From positions 4,171 through 68,170 of the forward strand of contig JAZQGJ010000028.1 in NCBI GenBank assembly GCA_045539995.1: a stretch of DNA of 64,000 bases. Reading direction: 5' to 3'. Below the pieces are notes generated by a model. The model was not told the DNA's origin. It saw only the letters and a program-made list of their open reading frames with translations, and searched no databases. Position numbers and translations under genes: made by a program. The first letter of the stretch is position 1, and each line of letters opens with the position of its first letter. This document shows positions 38,877-49,514 of this stretch, piece after piece. This DNA comes from Eubacteriales bacterium. GTDB taxonomy: Bacteria; Bacillota; Clostridia; Oscillospirales; CAG-272.

Positions 38877-40857
38877 TGAAAAAGAACCCCCGCAAAAGAA
38901 AAAAAGAAGCCTGAAAAATATTATCCCACAGGCTAAATCCTTTTTTGCGAGACTTTTTTACATAGTCGGTCTCGTGTGGGAGGCGAAGCCTATAATTCTT
39001 ATAGCTATGGCAGCGCTCTGTCTCTTTGACGGTGTTTTGCCTGTTGTCGGCGCGTTTATTTCAAAGGAATTACTTAACGAAATAGCAGCTTTTATAGGCG
39101 GTGATCTTGTAAAAAGCTCGCTTGGAAATGAGCTTTCCACCTTCTTTTCAGCCTTCTTAAATGAGCTGAAGCCGATATTTTTGCTGCTGATTTTCCAGCT
39201 CGTATATCAGCTCTTAAGACGGGTAATATCAAGCATAAGCAGCTGTGTCAATTCCATAGCCGGCGAGCTTGTAGTAAATCACATAAAGCTGAAAATAATG
39301 AACAAGGCAAAAACCGTTGACATTTCAAGCTTTGACAGCCCCGATTTTTACGAGAAGCTTGAAAACGCCAACAGAGAAGCGGGAATGCGCCCAATTATGA
39401 TATTAAGGGCGACCTTCAACGTAATAAGCTCGTTTATAAGCGCGATAAGCTTTGTAATTGTCTTGGCAGGGCTTCATCCGCTTGCGCCCGTATTCATAAT
39501 TATAATGTCCTTGCCGGGCGCTATAATAAATTACAGATACCGAAATCACAATTTCAGATATATGCGTATGCATTCGAAGGAAAGACGTCAGATGCAGTAT
39601 TTTTCCGCGTCGGTGTCCGATAAGGATAAGGCGAAGGAAATACGTGTTATGGGACTTGCCGACGAGCTGATAAGCAAGTATAAGAGCGCGTTTGTAAAGT
39701 ATTTTGCAGGTCTTAAGAAAATGATAATAAAAGAGCAGACCTATCAGACCACGATAAGCGTTTTGACAGTTATTGCAGACTGTATTATCTTTATGTACGT
39801 GGCGTACAGCGTCATATATAACGGCGGGCTTATAGGCGACTATTCTCTCTATACGGGCGCGCTCTCCGCTATTATGTCTCAGGTTACGGCGATAATTGCG
39901 GCAACAGCCACAATTTACGAGGGAACTCTGTTCATAGATAATATGATGGTCTTTATGCGCGAGGAAATAAAAATAATTCCAAACGTGGAAAAGCCTCTTT
40001 TGCCGAAGCAGAACAAAGCGCATACAATAGAATTCAGAAACGTCAGCTTTCGCTATCCCGGCACCGAAACAGACGTGATTAAAAATGTAAATTTAACTAT
40101 ACAATCGGGCGAGACGGTTCTGCTCGTAGGACTTAACGGCGCGGGAAAAACCACGCTGATAAAGCTGCTGATGCGACTGTACGATCCTACAGAGGGTATA
40201 ATACTTTTAGACGGAGAAGATATTCGTTCTTATGACGTCGAGGCGCTTTACAATCTATACGGAATAATCTTTCAGGATTACGTAAAATACGCCATCACAG
40301 TCAAGGAAAACATCGTGTACGGAGATATACGGGGCGGTATTGATGAGGAAAAAATGAAGAGATCGGCGCAGAGCAGCGACGCCGATAGCTTTATAAAAAA
40401 GCTGCCTCTTGAATATGATACACCGCTGACGAGATTCTTCGAGGAAAACGGAATAGAGCTTTCGATAGGTCAGTGGCAGAAGCTCTCTATAGCGAGAGCC
40501 TTTTACAAGAAGTCGGATATTATGATTTTAGACGAGCCTACGGCCTCACTCGATCCGCTTGCCGAGCAGGAGGTATTCGACAAGTTTACCGAGCTTAGCG
40601 AGGGCAAGCTCACTCTGCTTGTTTCCCACCGACTTTCTTCGGCTACTACCGCCTCTAAAATAGTAGTTATGGAGGACGGACATATAGTAGAGACGGGAAC
40701 GCACGAGGACCTTATTAAGCAGGGCGGAAAATACGCGCTTCTCTTTAATACTCAGGCGCAGCACTACATTTCCCCCGAAAGCCGCAGAGAGCGTGACAAA
40801 CGCGGAAACGGCAAAAATAAAAGCGAGGACTTGTATGAAGCCTCTGATGAGATATAA
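38860..40857 (+). CDS. ABC exporter, fused permease and ATPase (MsbA-like)
   Basis: I moved the start to the ATG at 38860 (SD ggagg). Six N-terminal TM segments, Walker A GLNGAGKTTLIKLL, signature LSIGQWQKLSIARA, Walker B IMILDEPTASLD. Confidence 0.85.
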   Translation: MSPRFNEKEPPQKKKRSLKNIIPQAKSFFARLFYIVGLVWEAKPIILIAMAALCLFDGVLPVVGAFISKELLNEIAAFIGGDLVKSSLGNELSTFFSAFLNELKPIFLLLIFQLVYQLLRRVISSISSCVNSIAGELVVNHIKLKIMNKAKTVDISSFDSPDFYEKLENANREAGMRPIMILRATFNVISSFISAISFVIVLAGLHPLAPVFIIIMSLPGAIINYRYRNHNFRYMRMHSKERRQMQYFSASVSDKDKAKEIRVMGLADELISKYKSAFVKYFAGLKKMIIKEQTYQTTISVLTVIADCIIFMYVAYSVIYNGGLIGDYSLYTGALSAIMSQVTAIIAATATIYEGTLFIDNMMVFMREEIKIIPNVEKPLLPKQNKAHTIEFRNVSFRYPGTETDVIKNVNLTIQSGETVLLVGLNGAGKTTLIKLLMRLYDPTEGIILLDGEDIRSYDVEALYNLYGIIFQDYVKYAITVKENIVYGDIRGGIDEEKMKRSAQSSDADSFIKKLPLEYDTPLTRFFEENGIELSIGQWQKLSIARAFYKKSDIMILDEPTASLDPLAEQEVFDKFTELSEGKLTLLVSHRLSSATTASKIVVMEDGHIVETGTHEDLIKQGGKYALLFNTQAQHYISPESRRERDKRGNGKNKSEDLYEASDEI

Positions 40858-40865
40858 ACATTAAT

Positions 40866-40910
40866 AAAGAGCCATATATGAGTTATTTTCATATATGGCT
40901 CTTCGGTTTT
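40866..40910. terminator. Bidirectional terminator hairpin between convergent genes
   Basis: Perfect 14-bp stem: AAGAGCCATATATG (40867-40880) pairs with CATATATGGCTCTT (40890-40903). It is flanked by A-rich and T-rich tracts. Confidence 0.8.
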
Positions 40911-40955
40911 CAAGATGCTCACACGGCAAAGAGACAACTTTTATTTACAAAAGCG

Positions 40956-41633
40956 TCAATCCTCGTATATTTCCGTGCCTGTCAGCGAGGCTAATTTGCT
41001 GTCGCTTGAGATATAGTCCATAGGGTCAACGCTTACGCCCTTTATTGTAAGCTCGTAATGGAGGTGAGGCTCTTCTGCCGACTCAATCATAGCGCTGTCG
41101 CCAACGTAAGAGATGACCTCTCCCTTTTCTACCTTTGCGCCAACTTCAATGCCCTCTGCATGCTCAAAGGACAGGTTCTTGTAGATTGAAACGGCGTCTC
41201 CCTTGTGAGAGATCTCAATACAGTTACCCATCATAGGGTCTGCATAAATTTTTGTAATTTCGCCGTCGGCAGCGGCAAGCACGTCGTCGCCCGCGTTAGC
41301 TGAAATATCTATTCCGCAATGCACGCGAAGGTCATCCATCGTGGCGGAATAGACGAGAACCGACAGATCGTGCGCCTTTGAAACTCTGCCCGATGTGGGC
41401 GCGATGAAGGACGGCAACGTGTTCGGCGCGTCTGTTACGGGAGGGGGCGCCGTTGTTATAGGCGTTGTAGTCGATACAGGCGCTTCTGTTGTTACAGAGG
41501 GGTCTTCGTTTGGCTTTTTCCCTCTTTGCATCGCGGCGGTAATTCCCACGACTATTGCGGAAACGCATAAGACTGCCACGATAACGATATAAAGAATTCT
41601 GTTTGCTTTTACGGAGTTTTCATTTTTGTCCAT
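40956..41633 (-). CDS. spoIIQ: Membrane-anchored M23/LytM protein, candidate stage II sporulation protein Q
   Basis: 225 aa. N-terminal TM ILYIVIVAVLCVSAIVVGITAA, a Thr/Pro linker, and a LytM domain with VLVYSATMDDLRVHCGIDI (HxxxD) and PHLHYEL (HxH). A forespore-type promoter lies upstream. Confidence 0.5.
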   Translation of the reverse strand: MDKNENSVKANRILYIVIVAVLCVSAIVVGITAAMQRGKKPNEDPSVTTEAPVSTTTPITTAPPPVTDAPNTLPSFIAPTSGRVSKAHDLSVLVYSATMDDLRVHCGIDISANAGDDVLAAADGEITKIYADPMMGNCIEISHKGDAVSIYKNLSFEHAEGIEVGAKVEKGEVISYVGDSAMIESAEEPHLHYELTIKGVSVDPMDYISSDSKLASLTGTEIYED

Positions 41634-41665
41634 AATAATGTATTCCTTTCAAGAAATTCTACATC

Positions 41666-41695
41666 TATTTTTGCCACTATTCATCGCTTTATTCA
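41666..41695 (-). promoter_or_regulatory. SigmaF/SigmaG-like promoter upstream of the M23 gene
   Basis: On the minus strand: TGAATA (41695-41690), a 14-nt spacer, then GGCAAAAATA (41675-41666). This fits the remembered GGnnAnAHTR -10 pattern of forespore promoters. Confidence 0.4.
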
Positions 41696-41766
41696 CATAA
41701 TATGAAAAAATAAGCTTTTTCTGTGAAAGCAAGAAATAATGTGTTGAACTGTATTTTAAATACCGA

Positions 41767-41794
41767 TTGACTTTTTTTCTTTTTGGTGTATAAT
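41767..41794 (+). promoter_or_regulatory. SigmaA-type promoter for uvrBA
   Basis: TTGACT (41767-41772), a 16-nt spacer, then TATAAT (41789-41794). Confidence 0.6.
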
Positions 41795-41851
41795 AAAATA
41801 GGAAGAATTTTTGTTTGAAGCAGATTCGCAAAGGAAAGGAGAGAGGATAAA

Positions 41852-43822
41852 ATGCAAGAAAACGTTTTTAAGCTCAAAAGCGCCTATAAGCCCACAGGAG
41901 ACCAGCCTCAGGCTATCGCTTCGCTTACTGAAGGTATTCTTTCCGGCGAACGCGCGCAGACTCTGCTCGGCGTTACGGGCTCGGGAAAGACCTTTACTAT
42001 GGCTAACGTTATAGCAAACGTAAACAGACCTACGCTTGTCCTCGCTCACAATAAGACTCTGGCGGCTCAGCTTTGCTCGGAATTTCGAGAGTTCTTTCCC
42101 GAAAACGCAGTCGAATATTTTGTTTCCTATTATGACTATTATCAGCCTGAGGCATACGTGCCGGGAAAGGATATGTATATAGAAAAGGACGCGATGATAA
42201 ACGATGAGATAGATATGCTCAGACACAGCGCGACCTCGTCCTTGCTTGAAAGGCGCGACGTTATAGTTGTAGCCAGCGTTTCCTGCATTTTTACTCTCGG
42301 AGACCCGAGAGAATACAGCTCTCTTTTGGTTTCTGTGCGTCCGGGACAGCAGATGGAGAGAGACGAGCTGATAACCCACCTTGTAGCCATCAACTATGAG
42401 AGAAACGACCTCAATTTTGTGCGCGGAAAGTTCAGAGTCAGAGGCGATACCGTAGAGGTTTTTCCCGCTTCTAACAGTGAAACGGCAATCAGAATAGAAT
42501 TTTTCGGGGACGAAATAGACAGAGTGAGCGAAATCAGAGTGGTAACGGGAGACACGGTACGCAGTCTTTCCTACGCCGTCATCTTTCCCGCGACTCACTA
42601 TGCCGTCTCTGACGTAAAGCGCGAGCAGGCGCTTCTTGAAATAGAGAACGAAATGCGCGAGCGCGTGGAATTCTTTCGCTCTCAGCACAGGCTGATAGAA
42701 GCGCAGAGAATAGAGGAACGCACGAAATACGACATTGAAATGCTCCGAGAGGTAGGCTTCTGCTCGGGCGTCGAAAACTATTCGCGCGTGCTTGCGGGCA
42801 GAGAACCGGGCTCTATGCCCTATACGCTTCTCGACTATTTTCCGTCGGATTTCGTTATGTTTATAGATGAGTCTCACGTGACCCTGCCGCAGGTAAGAGG
42901 TATGAGCGGCGGAGATAACGCGAGAAAGAAAAATCTCATAGATTACGGCTTCCGTCTGCCATCTGCGTATGATAACAGACCTCTTCGCTTTGAGGAATTC
43001 GAGGGGAAATTAAATCAGGTGGTTTTTGTCAGCGCAACGCCTGCGCAGTATGAAAAGGAGCATTCAGAACGCACAGTCGAGCAGATAATACGCCCGACAG
43101 GGCTTATAGATCCCGAAATTACGGTGAGACCGATAGACGGACAGGTTGACGACCTTATAGAAGAAATACGCAAGGTAACCGAGAAGAACGAAAAGGTTCT
43201 CGTAACCACGCTTACGACAGTGATGGCAGAGGATCTTACAGACTATCTTTCCTCCTTGCAAATAAAGGTTAAATATATACATCATAACGTCGAGACAATG
43301 GAGAGAATGGAGATTATACGAGATTTGCGCGCAGGAGTGTTCGACGTTCTTGTAGGAATAAATCTTCTGCGAGAGGGACTCGACATTCCTGAGGTTTCGC
43401 TCGTCGCAATATTAGACGCCGACAAGGAAGGACTTCTGCGCTCGGAGACCTCGCTTATACAGACGGTGGGCAGAGCCGCGAGAAACGTAAACGGCAGAGT
43501 TATAATGTACGCTGATACGGTCACCCGTTCTATGCGCGCTGCGATAGACGAAACAGAGCGCCGTCGCGCGATTCAGAAAAAGTATAACGAAGAAAATAAC
43601 ATCATACCAACGACTGTAAAGAAGGAAATCCGCGAGCTTATAAGCATAGGCAAGACGGACGAGAGCCCGAAAGCAGCGAAGGGCAAGAAACAAACGAAGG
43701 AAGAAAAGGAAAAGCTGATAGAAACTCTTACGGCAGAAATGCTTTCCGCCTCAAAGCATCTTGATTTTGAGAGAGCGGCATATCTGCGCGATAAGATAAA
43801 GGAGCTTAGGGTTACAAAATAA
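41852..43822 (+). CDS. uvrB: Excinuclease ABC subunit B
   Basis: 656 aa with [15 protein letters not shown], a helicase core and a C-terminal UVR domain [14 protein letters not shown]. Confidence 0.97.
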   Translation: MQENVFKLKSAYKPTGDQPQAIASLTEGILSGERAQTLLGVTGSGKTFTMANVIANVNRPTLVLAHNKTLAAQLCSEFREFFPENAVEYFVSYYDYYQPEAYVPGKDMYIEKDAMINDEIDMLRHSATSSLLERRDVIVVASVSCIFTLGDPREYSSLLVSVRPGQQMERDELITHLVAINYERNDLNFVRGKFRVRGDTVEVFPASNSETAIRIEFFGDEIDRVSEIRVVTGDTVRSLSYAVIFPATHYAVSDVKREQALLEIENEMRERVEFFRSQHRLIEAQRIEERTKYDIEMLREVGFCSGVENYSRVLAGREPGSMPYTLLDYFPSDFVMFIDESHVTLPQVRGMSGGDNARKKNLIDYGFRLPSAYDNRPLRFEEFEGKLNQVVFVSATPAQYEKEHSERTVEQIIRPTGLIDPEITVRPIDGQVDDLIEEIRKVTEKNEKVLVTTLTTVMAEDLTDYLSSLQIKVKYIHHNVETMERMEIIRDLRAGVFDVLVGINLLREGLDIPEVSLVAILDADKEGLLRSETSLIQTVGRAARNVNGRVIMYADTVTRSMRAAIDETERRRAIQKKYNEENNIIPTTVKKEIRELISIGKTDESPKAAKGKKQTKEEKEKLIETLTAEMLSASKHLDFERAAYLRDKIKELRVTK

Positions 43823-43824
43823 CA

Positions 43825-46653
43825 ATGTCAAAAAATCTGATAATTAAGGGCGCAAGGTCGCACAATTTAAAAAATATAGACGTCGAGATACCGAGAGACA
43901 AGCTCACGGTTTTCACAGGTCTTTCAGGCTCGGGAAAGTCCTCTCTCGCTTTTGATACGATTTACGCGGAGGGACACAGACGCTTTGTCGAGTCGCTTTC
44001 ATCATACGCAAGACAGTTTTTGGGACAGATGGATAAGCCCGACGTCGACTTTATAGAGGGGCTCTCGCCCGCAATCTCAATAGACCAGAAGACCACCTCG
44101 AAAAATCCTCGCTCGACTGTCGGTACAGTTACCGAAATATACGACTATCTGCGCCTGCTCTACGCGAGAATAGGAATTCCTCACTGTCCCGTGTGCGGCA
44201 AGGAAATACGTCAGCAAACACTTGACGGGATATGCGATAAAATTATGTCTATGCCCGCGGGGACTCGTTTCGTGGTTTTAGCGCCTATGGTGAGAGGTCA
44301 AAAGGGAACTCACGAGAAAACGCTCTCGGATATCAGAAAAATGGGCTACGCAAGAGTTCGTATAGACGGAAATATGTATGACCTTTCCGAGGATATAAAG
44401 CTGGAAAAGAACAACAAGCATACAATAGACGTGGTAATAGACCGTCTTGTTATGAAAGAGGGGATAGAGTCAAGAGTGACCGACTCTCTTGAAAACGCGT
44501 TTTCTCTTACAGACGGCAGGGTTATCATTATGAATATGTCGGAGGAAAACGGGGGCGAGGTTGAGTATTCCTTAAAGTACGCCTGCGAAGAGCATAACGT
44601 CAGCTTCGGTGAATTGGAGCCGAGAATGTTCTCGTTCAATAACCCCTACGGCGCTTGTCCCGAATGCGCGGGACTCGGCGATCTTCGCATAATATCAGAG
44701 GAAAAAATCATACCCGACAAGTCTCTCTCTCTTTCTGAGGGGGCTGTCGTCTGTAACGGCTTTAAAAACATTGAAGAGGAAAGCTGGCAGGGACCGCTTA
44801 TAAACGCAGTCGGCAAGGAATACGGCTTTACGATAGATACGCCTGTTTGCGACTATTCGGAGGAGGGCTATCGAGCGCTTCTTTACGGAACTGAGCCCAA
44901 AATATACAGAGTAGAAAGATTTTTTGGAAAGACCTCACGAGTTCAGGACACAACGTATGAGGGAATTATCCCGATAATAAGACGCAGAATGGGACAGATG
45001 GGAGAGGGCTACTATGATGAATTTTTGGAGGACGCCCCCTGCCCGAAATGTAAGGGGCGCAGGCTTTCCGATATGGTTCTTTCGGTCACTGTGGGAGGCT
45101 TGAACATAGACGAGATATGTCACCTCTCTATAAATAAGATGCTTGAATTTGTCGAAAATTTGTCGCTCACCGATACGGAAATGGAAATCGCGCGCGAAAT
45201 ACTTAAGGAGATAAGAGCGAGACTCGCCTTTCTCTGTAACGTAGGTCTTGAGTATCTCAATCTTTCACGCAAGGCGGGTACTCTTTCGGGAGGCGAGGCT
45301 CAGAGAATACGTCTCGCGACACAGATAGGCTCGGGACTCGTGGGAGTTCTCTATATACTCGACGAGCCGAGCATAGGGCTTCATCAGAGAGATAACGATA
45401 AGCTGATATCGACTCTCAAAAAGCTGCGTGACATAGGAAACACTGTCATTGTTGTCGAGCACGATGAGGACACCGTAAGGGAAGCGGATTTTGTAGTTGA
45501 TATAGGTCCCGGCGCGGGAATACACGGCGGCAAGCTGATAGCGGCAGGTACGCCTGCAGAAATAGCAAAATGTAAACAGTCGATTACAGGAGACTACCTT
45601 TCGGGACGTAAAAAAATCGAAATTCCAAGCGAGAGAAAAAAGGGGAACGGCAAATTTTTGCGTATTGTGGGCGCGTCTCATAATAACCTCAAAAACATAA
45701 CCGTCGACATTCCTCTCGGTTGCTTTGTCTGCGTTACAGGCGTATCGGGCTCGGGAAAATCCTCGCTTGTAAACTATGTTTTACAAAAGAGACTTGCAAG
45801 AGAGCTTAATGGCGCTGTGACCTATCCTGGAAAATGCCAGCGTATAGAGGGAATAGAAAATCTTGACAAGGTTATAGATATAGACCAAAGTCCGATAGGC
45901 AGAACACCACGCTCTAATCCCGCAACCTATACGGGACTGTTTACCGATATAAGAAACCTTTTTGCGTCGACGAGAGATGCAAAGGCGAAGGGCTATTTAG
46001 CGGGAAGGTTTTCCTTTAATATAAAGGGAGGCAGATGCGAGGCATGTGAGGGCGACGGCGTCAAATGCATAGAAATGCACTTTTTGCCCGACGTTTACGT
46101 TAAATGCGACGTCTGTAAGGGAATGAGATATAACAGAGACACGCTGGACGTAAAATATAAGGGGAAGAATATATACGAGGTTTTGGAAATGACGGTAGAG
46201 GAGGGACTTTCCTTCTTTGACGGACTTCCAAAGATACTTACCAAGCTGAAGGCGCTTTATGACGTAGGACTCGGATATATAAAAATAGGACAGTCCTCTA
46301 CAACTCTTTCGGGCGGCGAGGCGCAGAGAGTGAAGCTCGCGACAGAGCTTGCGAGACGCAGCACGGGCAAGACCGTATATATTCTTGACGAGCCTACGAC
46401 AGGCTTGCATACCGCTGACGTTGCCCGTCTTATAGATATGCTCACACGGCTTACTGAGGCTGGAAATACCGTTATAGTCATCGAGCATAATCTCGACCTG
46501 ATAAAAACGGCAGACTATATAATAGATTTAGGACCTGAGGGCGGAGAATATGGCGGAAACGTCGTCGCTGTCGGAAGGCCTGAGCAGATTGCCGAATGCA
46601 AGGATTCTTATACGGGAAAATATATAAAAAATAAGCTGAAAATCAACAAATGA
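43825..46653 (+). CDS. uvrA: Excinuclease ABC subunit A
   Basis: 942 aa with two ABC modules ([14 protein letters not shown] and [11 protein letters not shown]) and Zn modules CPVCG and CEACEGDG. Confidence 0.97.
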   Translation: MSKNLIIKGARSHNLKNIDVEIPRDKLTVFTGLSGSGKSSLAFDTIYAEGHRRFVESLSSYARQFLGQMDKPDVDFIEGLSPAISIDQKTTSKNPRSTVGTVTEIYDYLRLLYARIGIPHCPVCGKEIRQQTLDGICDKIMSMPAGTRFVVLAPMVRGQKGTHEKTLSDIRKMGYARVRIDGNMYDLSEDIKLEKNNKHTIDVVIDRLVMKEGIESRVTDSLENAFSLTDGRVIIMNMSEENGGEVEYSLKYACEEHNVSFGELEPRMFSFNNPYGACPECAGLGDLRIISEEKIIPDKSLSLSEGAVVCNGFKNIEEESWQGPLINAVGKEYGFTIDTPVCDYSEEGYRALLYGTEPKIYRVERFFGKTSRVQDTTYEGIIPIIRRRMGQMGEGYYDEFLEDAPCPKCKGRRLSDMVLSVTVGGLNIDEICHLSINKMLEFVENLSLTDTEMEIAREILKEIRARLAFLCNVGLEYLNLSRKAGTLSGGEAQRIRLATQIGSGLVGVLYILDEPSIGLHQRDNDKLISTLKKLRDIGNTVIVVEHDEDTVREADFVVDIGPGAGIHGGKLIAAGTPAEIAKCKQSITGDYLSGRKKIEIPSERKKGNGKFLRIVGASHNNLKNITVDIPLGCFVCVTGVSGSGKSSLVNYVLQKRLARELNGAVTYPGKCQRIEGIENLDKVIDIDQSPIGRTPRSNPATYTGLFTDIRNLFASTRDAKAKGYLAGRFSFNIKGGRCEACEGDGVKCIEMHFLPDVYVKCDVCKGMRYNRDTLDVKYKGKNIYEVLEMTVEEGLSFFDGLPKILTKLKALYDVGLGYIKIGQSSTTLSGGEAQRVKLATELARRSTGKTVYILDEPTTGLHTADVARLIDMLTRLTEAGNTVIVIEHNLDLIKTADYIIDLGPEGGEYGGNVVAVGRPEQIAECKDSYTGKYIKNKLKINK

Positions 46654-46667
46654 AAGAGGAAAAAGAT

Positions 46668-47105
46668 ATGAACGTAAATATTAAAAAGCTCTCTCCCGAC
46701 GCAAAAATGCCGACCTATGCTTCAAGCGAGGCGGCAGGAGCAGATATATACGCTTTAAGCGACGGCAATACCGTTATCGAAAGCGGTGAGACTAAGCTCA
46801 TTCACACGGGAATAGCTATGGAAATCCCGAAGGGATACGTCGGACTTATTTACGCGCGAAGCGGTCTTGCGACAAAAAGGGGACTTGCCCCCGCAAATAA
46901 AGTTGGAGTAATAGACAGCGACTATCGCGGTGAAATAATGGTAGCGCTTCATAATCATTCCGATACGGCGCAGGTATTAGAGAACGGCGAGAGAATAGCC
47001 CAGATGGTTCTCACGCCTTATTTAAGCGCGACCTTTTGCGAGACGGATACTCTCTCTGATACCGAAAGAGGCGATGGAGGCTTCGGCTCTACGGGTAAAA
47101 AATAA
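46668..47105 (+). CDS. dut: dUTP diphosphatase
   Basis: I moved the start to the ATG at 46668 (SD aagagga). Contains GVIDSDYRGEI and ERGDGGFGSTG. Confidence 0.93.
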   Translation: MNVNIKKLSPDAKMPTYASSEAAGADIYALSDGNTVIESGETKLIHTGIAMEIPKGYVGLIYARSGLATKRGLAPANKVGVIDSDYRGEIMVALHNHSDTAQVLENGERIAQMVLTPYLSATFCETDTLSDTERGDGGFGSTGKK

Positions 47106-47108
47106 AAG

Positions 47109-47167
47109 CAGGGCGCTTTTTGAAATTTGTAATTTATTACATAAATTGTTTCAAAACAAGCGCCCTG
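47109..47167 (+). terminator. Long imperfect hairpin after dut, with no U-tract
   Basis: CAGGGCGCTT (47109-47118) pairs with AAGCGCCCTG (47158-47167). There is additional inner pairing: TTTTGAAA with TTTCAAAA. Confidence 0.4.
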
Positions 47168-47171
47168 ACTA

Positions 47172-47200
47172 TTGATTATTTATAAAAAATATGTTATAAT
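47172..47200 (+). promoter_or_regulatory. SigmaA-type promoter for the Wzz/kinase/phosphatase operon
   Basis: TTGATT (47172-47177), a 17-nt spacer, then TATAAT (47195-47200) with an extended TGt. Confidence 0.6.
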
Positions 47201-47293
47201 GTAAAAAGAAGCTCTTATAGCATACATTTTCAAGCCTGGCTTTTTAATTTAATAAAAGAGAAAAGTGAATAACGTCTTTATTGTGGGTGGAAT

Positions 47294-48067
47294 ATGAAAC
47301 AAAAAACGTATAACGAAAAAAATGAATTTGAATTGAGTTTGGGGGACTTTTTTTACAGCTTTAAGAGGTTTTGGTCTCTTATTGTCGCCGTCGCTCTTAT
47401 TGTCGCTGTGGGAATATATTTCTACGTTTCATCAACCTTTGTTCCCACCTATACGGCAGACGTCAAAATCTGCGTATTTAATAGCGAAATTGATGAAGAC
47501 GAGGCGTTTTCAAAAATTACTAACAATAATGAATATTCAATAGCGGCGTCACTTACGCAGAGCTATATGGATATTTTAAAGGGAAGCCGCGACTATTTGA
47601 ACGAGGTAGTCGAGAATCTGGGCATAAGCTCTGTCGGATATACTGCAGGCAAGGTTCGCTCTCAGATGTCAGTCGGCTTGGTCGGTCAGAGTGAAAACCT
47701 TTTTTACATAAGAGTTACCGATGCGAGCGCAAGCATGGCAGCTCTCATAACCGAGGAGATAGTCGACATATTCTTTAACGACATAGTTTATGCGGGAAGC
47801 CCATTTATCGTTGACGACGTACCCGCCCCACAGAGCCTCGCGCCATCAGAGTCGCCCGCGCTTCGTAATTCTGTCTTGGCGTTTGCTCTGGTGTTCGCAT
47901 TTATGTTCGTTCTTGTAACAATAATTTGCAAGAGCGATAGCCGTATCCGTTCTGCGTCAGATATAGAGAATGCCACAGAATATCCCGTTTTGGGAGTAAT
48001 ACCTTATATAACGGACAATACAAAAAAAGCCTCAATCAGTACGCTGAAAGGAAATGAAAATGTCTAA
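47294..48067 (+). CDS. Wzz/CpsC/TkmA-like chain-length determinant (tyrosine-kinase transmembrane modulator)
   Basis: 257 aa. TM1 WSLIVAVALIVAVGIYFYV, a periplasmic-type loop, a Pro-rich PAPQSLAPSESPA, then TM2 VLAFALVFAFMFVLVTIIC. Confidence 0.75.
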   Translation: MKQKTYNEKNEFELSLGDFFYSFKRFWSLIVAVALIVAVGIYFYVSSTFVPTYTADVKICVFNSEIDEDEAFSKITNNNEYSIAASLTQSYMDILKGSRDYLNEVVENLGISSVGYTAGKVRSQMSVGLVGQSENLFYIRVTDASASMAALITEEIVDIFFNDIVYAGSPFIVDDVPAPQSLAPSESPALRNSVLAFALVFAFMFVLVTIICKSDSRIRSASDIENATEYPVLGVIPYITDNTKKASISTLKGNENV

Positions 48068-48818
48068 GAATACAGTAAAAAAATATTCTGAAATAAAAAA
48101 TTATAAGGACAAATTGCTCACGCCTCAAAGCTCTTTCGTGGTTTCTGAGGCATATAGAAGCCTGCGCACCAACCTTATGTACACAGGCTGCGCTGAAAAA
48201 TGTCCCGTATATGCAATAACAGGCTCGTCAGCGAACGTCGGAAAGTCGCTCAGCTGCGCTAATCTGGCGATTTCATATGCCCAAATAGGCAAAAAAACTC
48301 TTATTATCGACCTTGATATGAGAATGCCCTCGCAGCACAAGGCGTTAGGTCTTGAAAATAAAGAGGGCGTAAGCTCTTATCTGGCAGGAGTTTCCGATGA
48401 ACCTAATTTTATGAAAACAGACTATGAAAATCTTTCTGTTATGGTTGTCGGAAGAACACCTCCCGATCCTACAGAGCTTTTGAATTCTCAGAGATTTTCC
48501 TTGCTTTTGGATAAAGCGAGAGAGATTTTTGACGTCATTTTCTTAGACGTTCCCCCTGTCGGAGTTATGTCAGACGCCTCTATTATCGCAAAGGACGTTA
48601 CGGGATATATACTCGTTATGGAAGCGGGAGTCAGCAACCGACGCGAGCTTGCGCAGGCGATAAGCACAATAGAAAAGGTGAACGGTAATATACTCGGCAT
48701 TGTCTTGAACAGCGCCGATCCTAAATACGACCCGTCCTGGTACGACAGATACGGAAAGAAAAACAAGAATTTTTCGCAATATGCGGAGTCGCATAGTATT
48801 GCGTCACAAGGAAAGTAA
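48054..48818 (+). CDS. BY-kinase (CpsD/CapB/PtkA-like protein tyrosine kinase)
   Basis: 254 aa. Walker A ITGSSANVGKSLSCANLA, A' TLIIDLDMRMP, B VIFLDVPPV, and a Tyr-containing C-terminal tail. An alternative ATG lies at 48060. Confidence 0.8.
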   Translation: MKMSKNTVKKYSEIKNYKDKLLTPQSSFVVSEAYRSLRTNLMYTGCAEKCPVYAITGSSANVGKSLSCANLAISYAQIGKKTLIIDLDMRMPSQHKALGLENKEGVSSYLAGVSDEPNFMKTDYENLSVMVVGRTPPDPTELLNSQRFSLLLDKAREIFDVIFLDVPPVGVMSDASIIAKDVTGYILVMEAGVSNRRELAQAISTIEKVNGNILGIVLNSADPKYDPSWYDRYGKKNKNFSQYAESHSIASQGK

Positions 48819-48821
48819 AAA

Positions 48822-49514
48822 ATGTTTTTATGTGATTTTCATTCCCACATTATGCCGGGCGTAGACCACGGCTCAAGCGGAATCGAAACTACCGAAAAGC
48901 AGATTGAAATAATCAAGGAAAGCGGTGTCGGTTCTGTTGTTGCGACACCGCATTTTTATCCTCATATGCATAATATAGAGAGCTTTCTCGAGCTTCGCCG
49001 TCAAGCGCTTGAAACTATGATTCCTCACCTTGAAAAGCATCAGCTCAATTTTTATCTTGGCGCTGAGGTGCTTCTTTGCGAGGGTATGGAAAGAATGGAA
49101 GGACTTTCTGAATTGTGTATTGAGGGCACGGACGTTTTGCTTCTTGAAATGCCGTTTGCGCGTTGGAGTGACGCTCTTCTTGCGTCTCTTGGCAGAATAT
49201 CGGAGCTCGGCTTTAATATCGTTTTAGCGCATACGGATCGCTATCCCTCTGAATACATAGCAAAAATTCTTGATTTCTGCGAGGTAAAATTACAGCTGAA
49301 CGCAGATGCGTTCTGTAGCATATGGAGCAGAAAAAAGCACGTACCTTTGCTGAAAAAGAATTTAGTATATGCGTTGGGAAGCGACCTTCACGGTACGAAG
49401 GGGTATGGAAGCTTTACGAAAGCGATTAAGCTTTTGGGAAGCGAAAATACCGAGAAAATAATGAAAAACACAGAGCTGCTTTTAAAGGACGCGAGGACGT
49501 ATGGAAACATCTGA
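48822..49514 (+). CDS. PHP-family protein tyrosine phosphatase (CpsB/YwqE-like)
   Basis: 230 aa with CDFHSHIMPGVDHGS, ATPHFY, AHTDRY and GSDLHG. Confidence 0.8.
   Translation: MFLCDFHSHIMPGVDHGSSGIETTEKQIEIIKESGVGSVVATPHFYPHMHNIESFLELRRQALETMIPHLEKHQLNFYLGAEVLLCEGMERMEGLSELCIEGTDVLLLEMPFARWSDALLASLGRISELGFNIVLAHTDRYPSEYIAKILDFCEVKLQLNADAFCSIWSRKKHVPLLKKNLVYALGSDLHGTKGYGSFTKAIKLLGSENTEKIMKNTELLLKDARTYGNI

Noticed and set aside
41756-42877. 373-aa ORF on the minus strand
   Set aside because: It lies entirely antisense to the N-terminal half of the strongly conserved uvrB. The translation is Arg/Ser/Lys-rich and low-complexity, with no SD or motif. It is a shadow ORF from codon bias.
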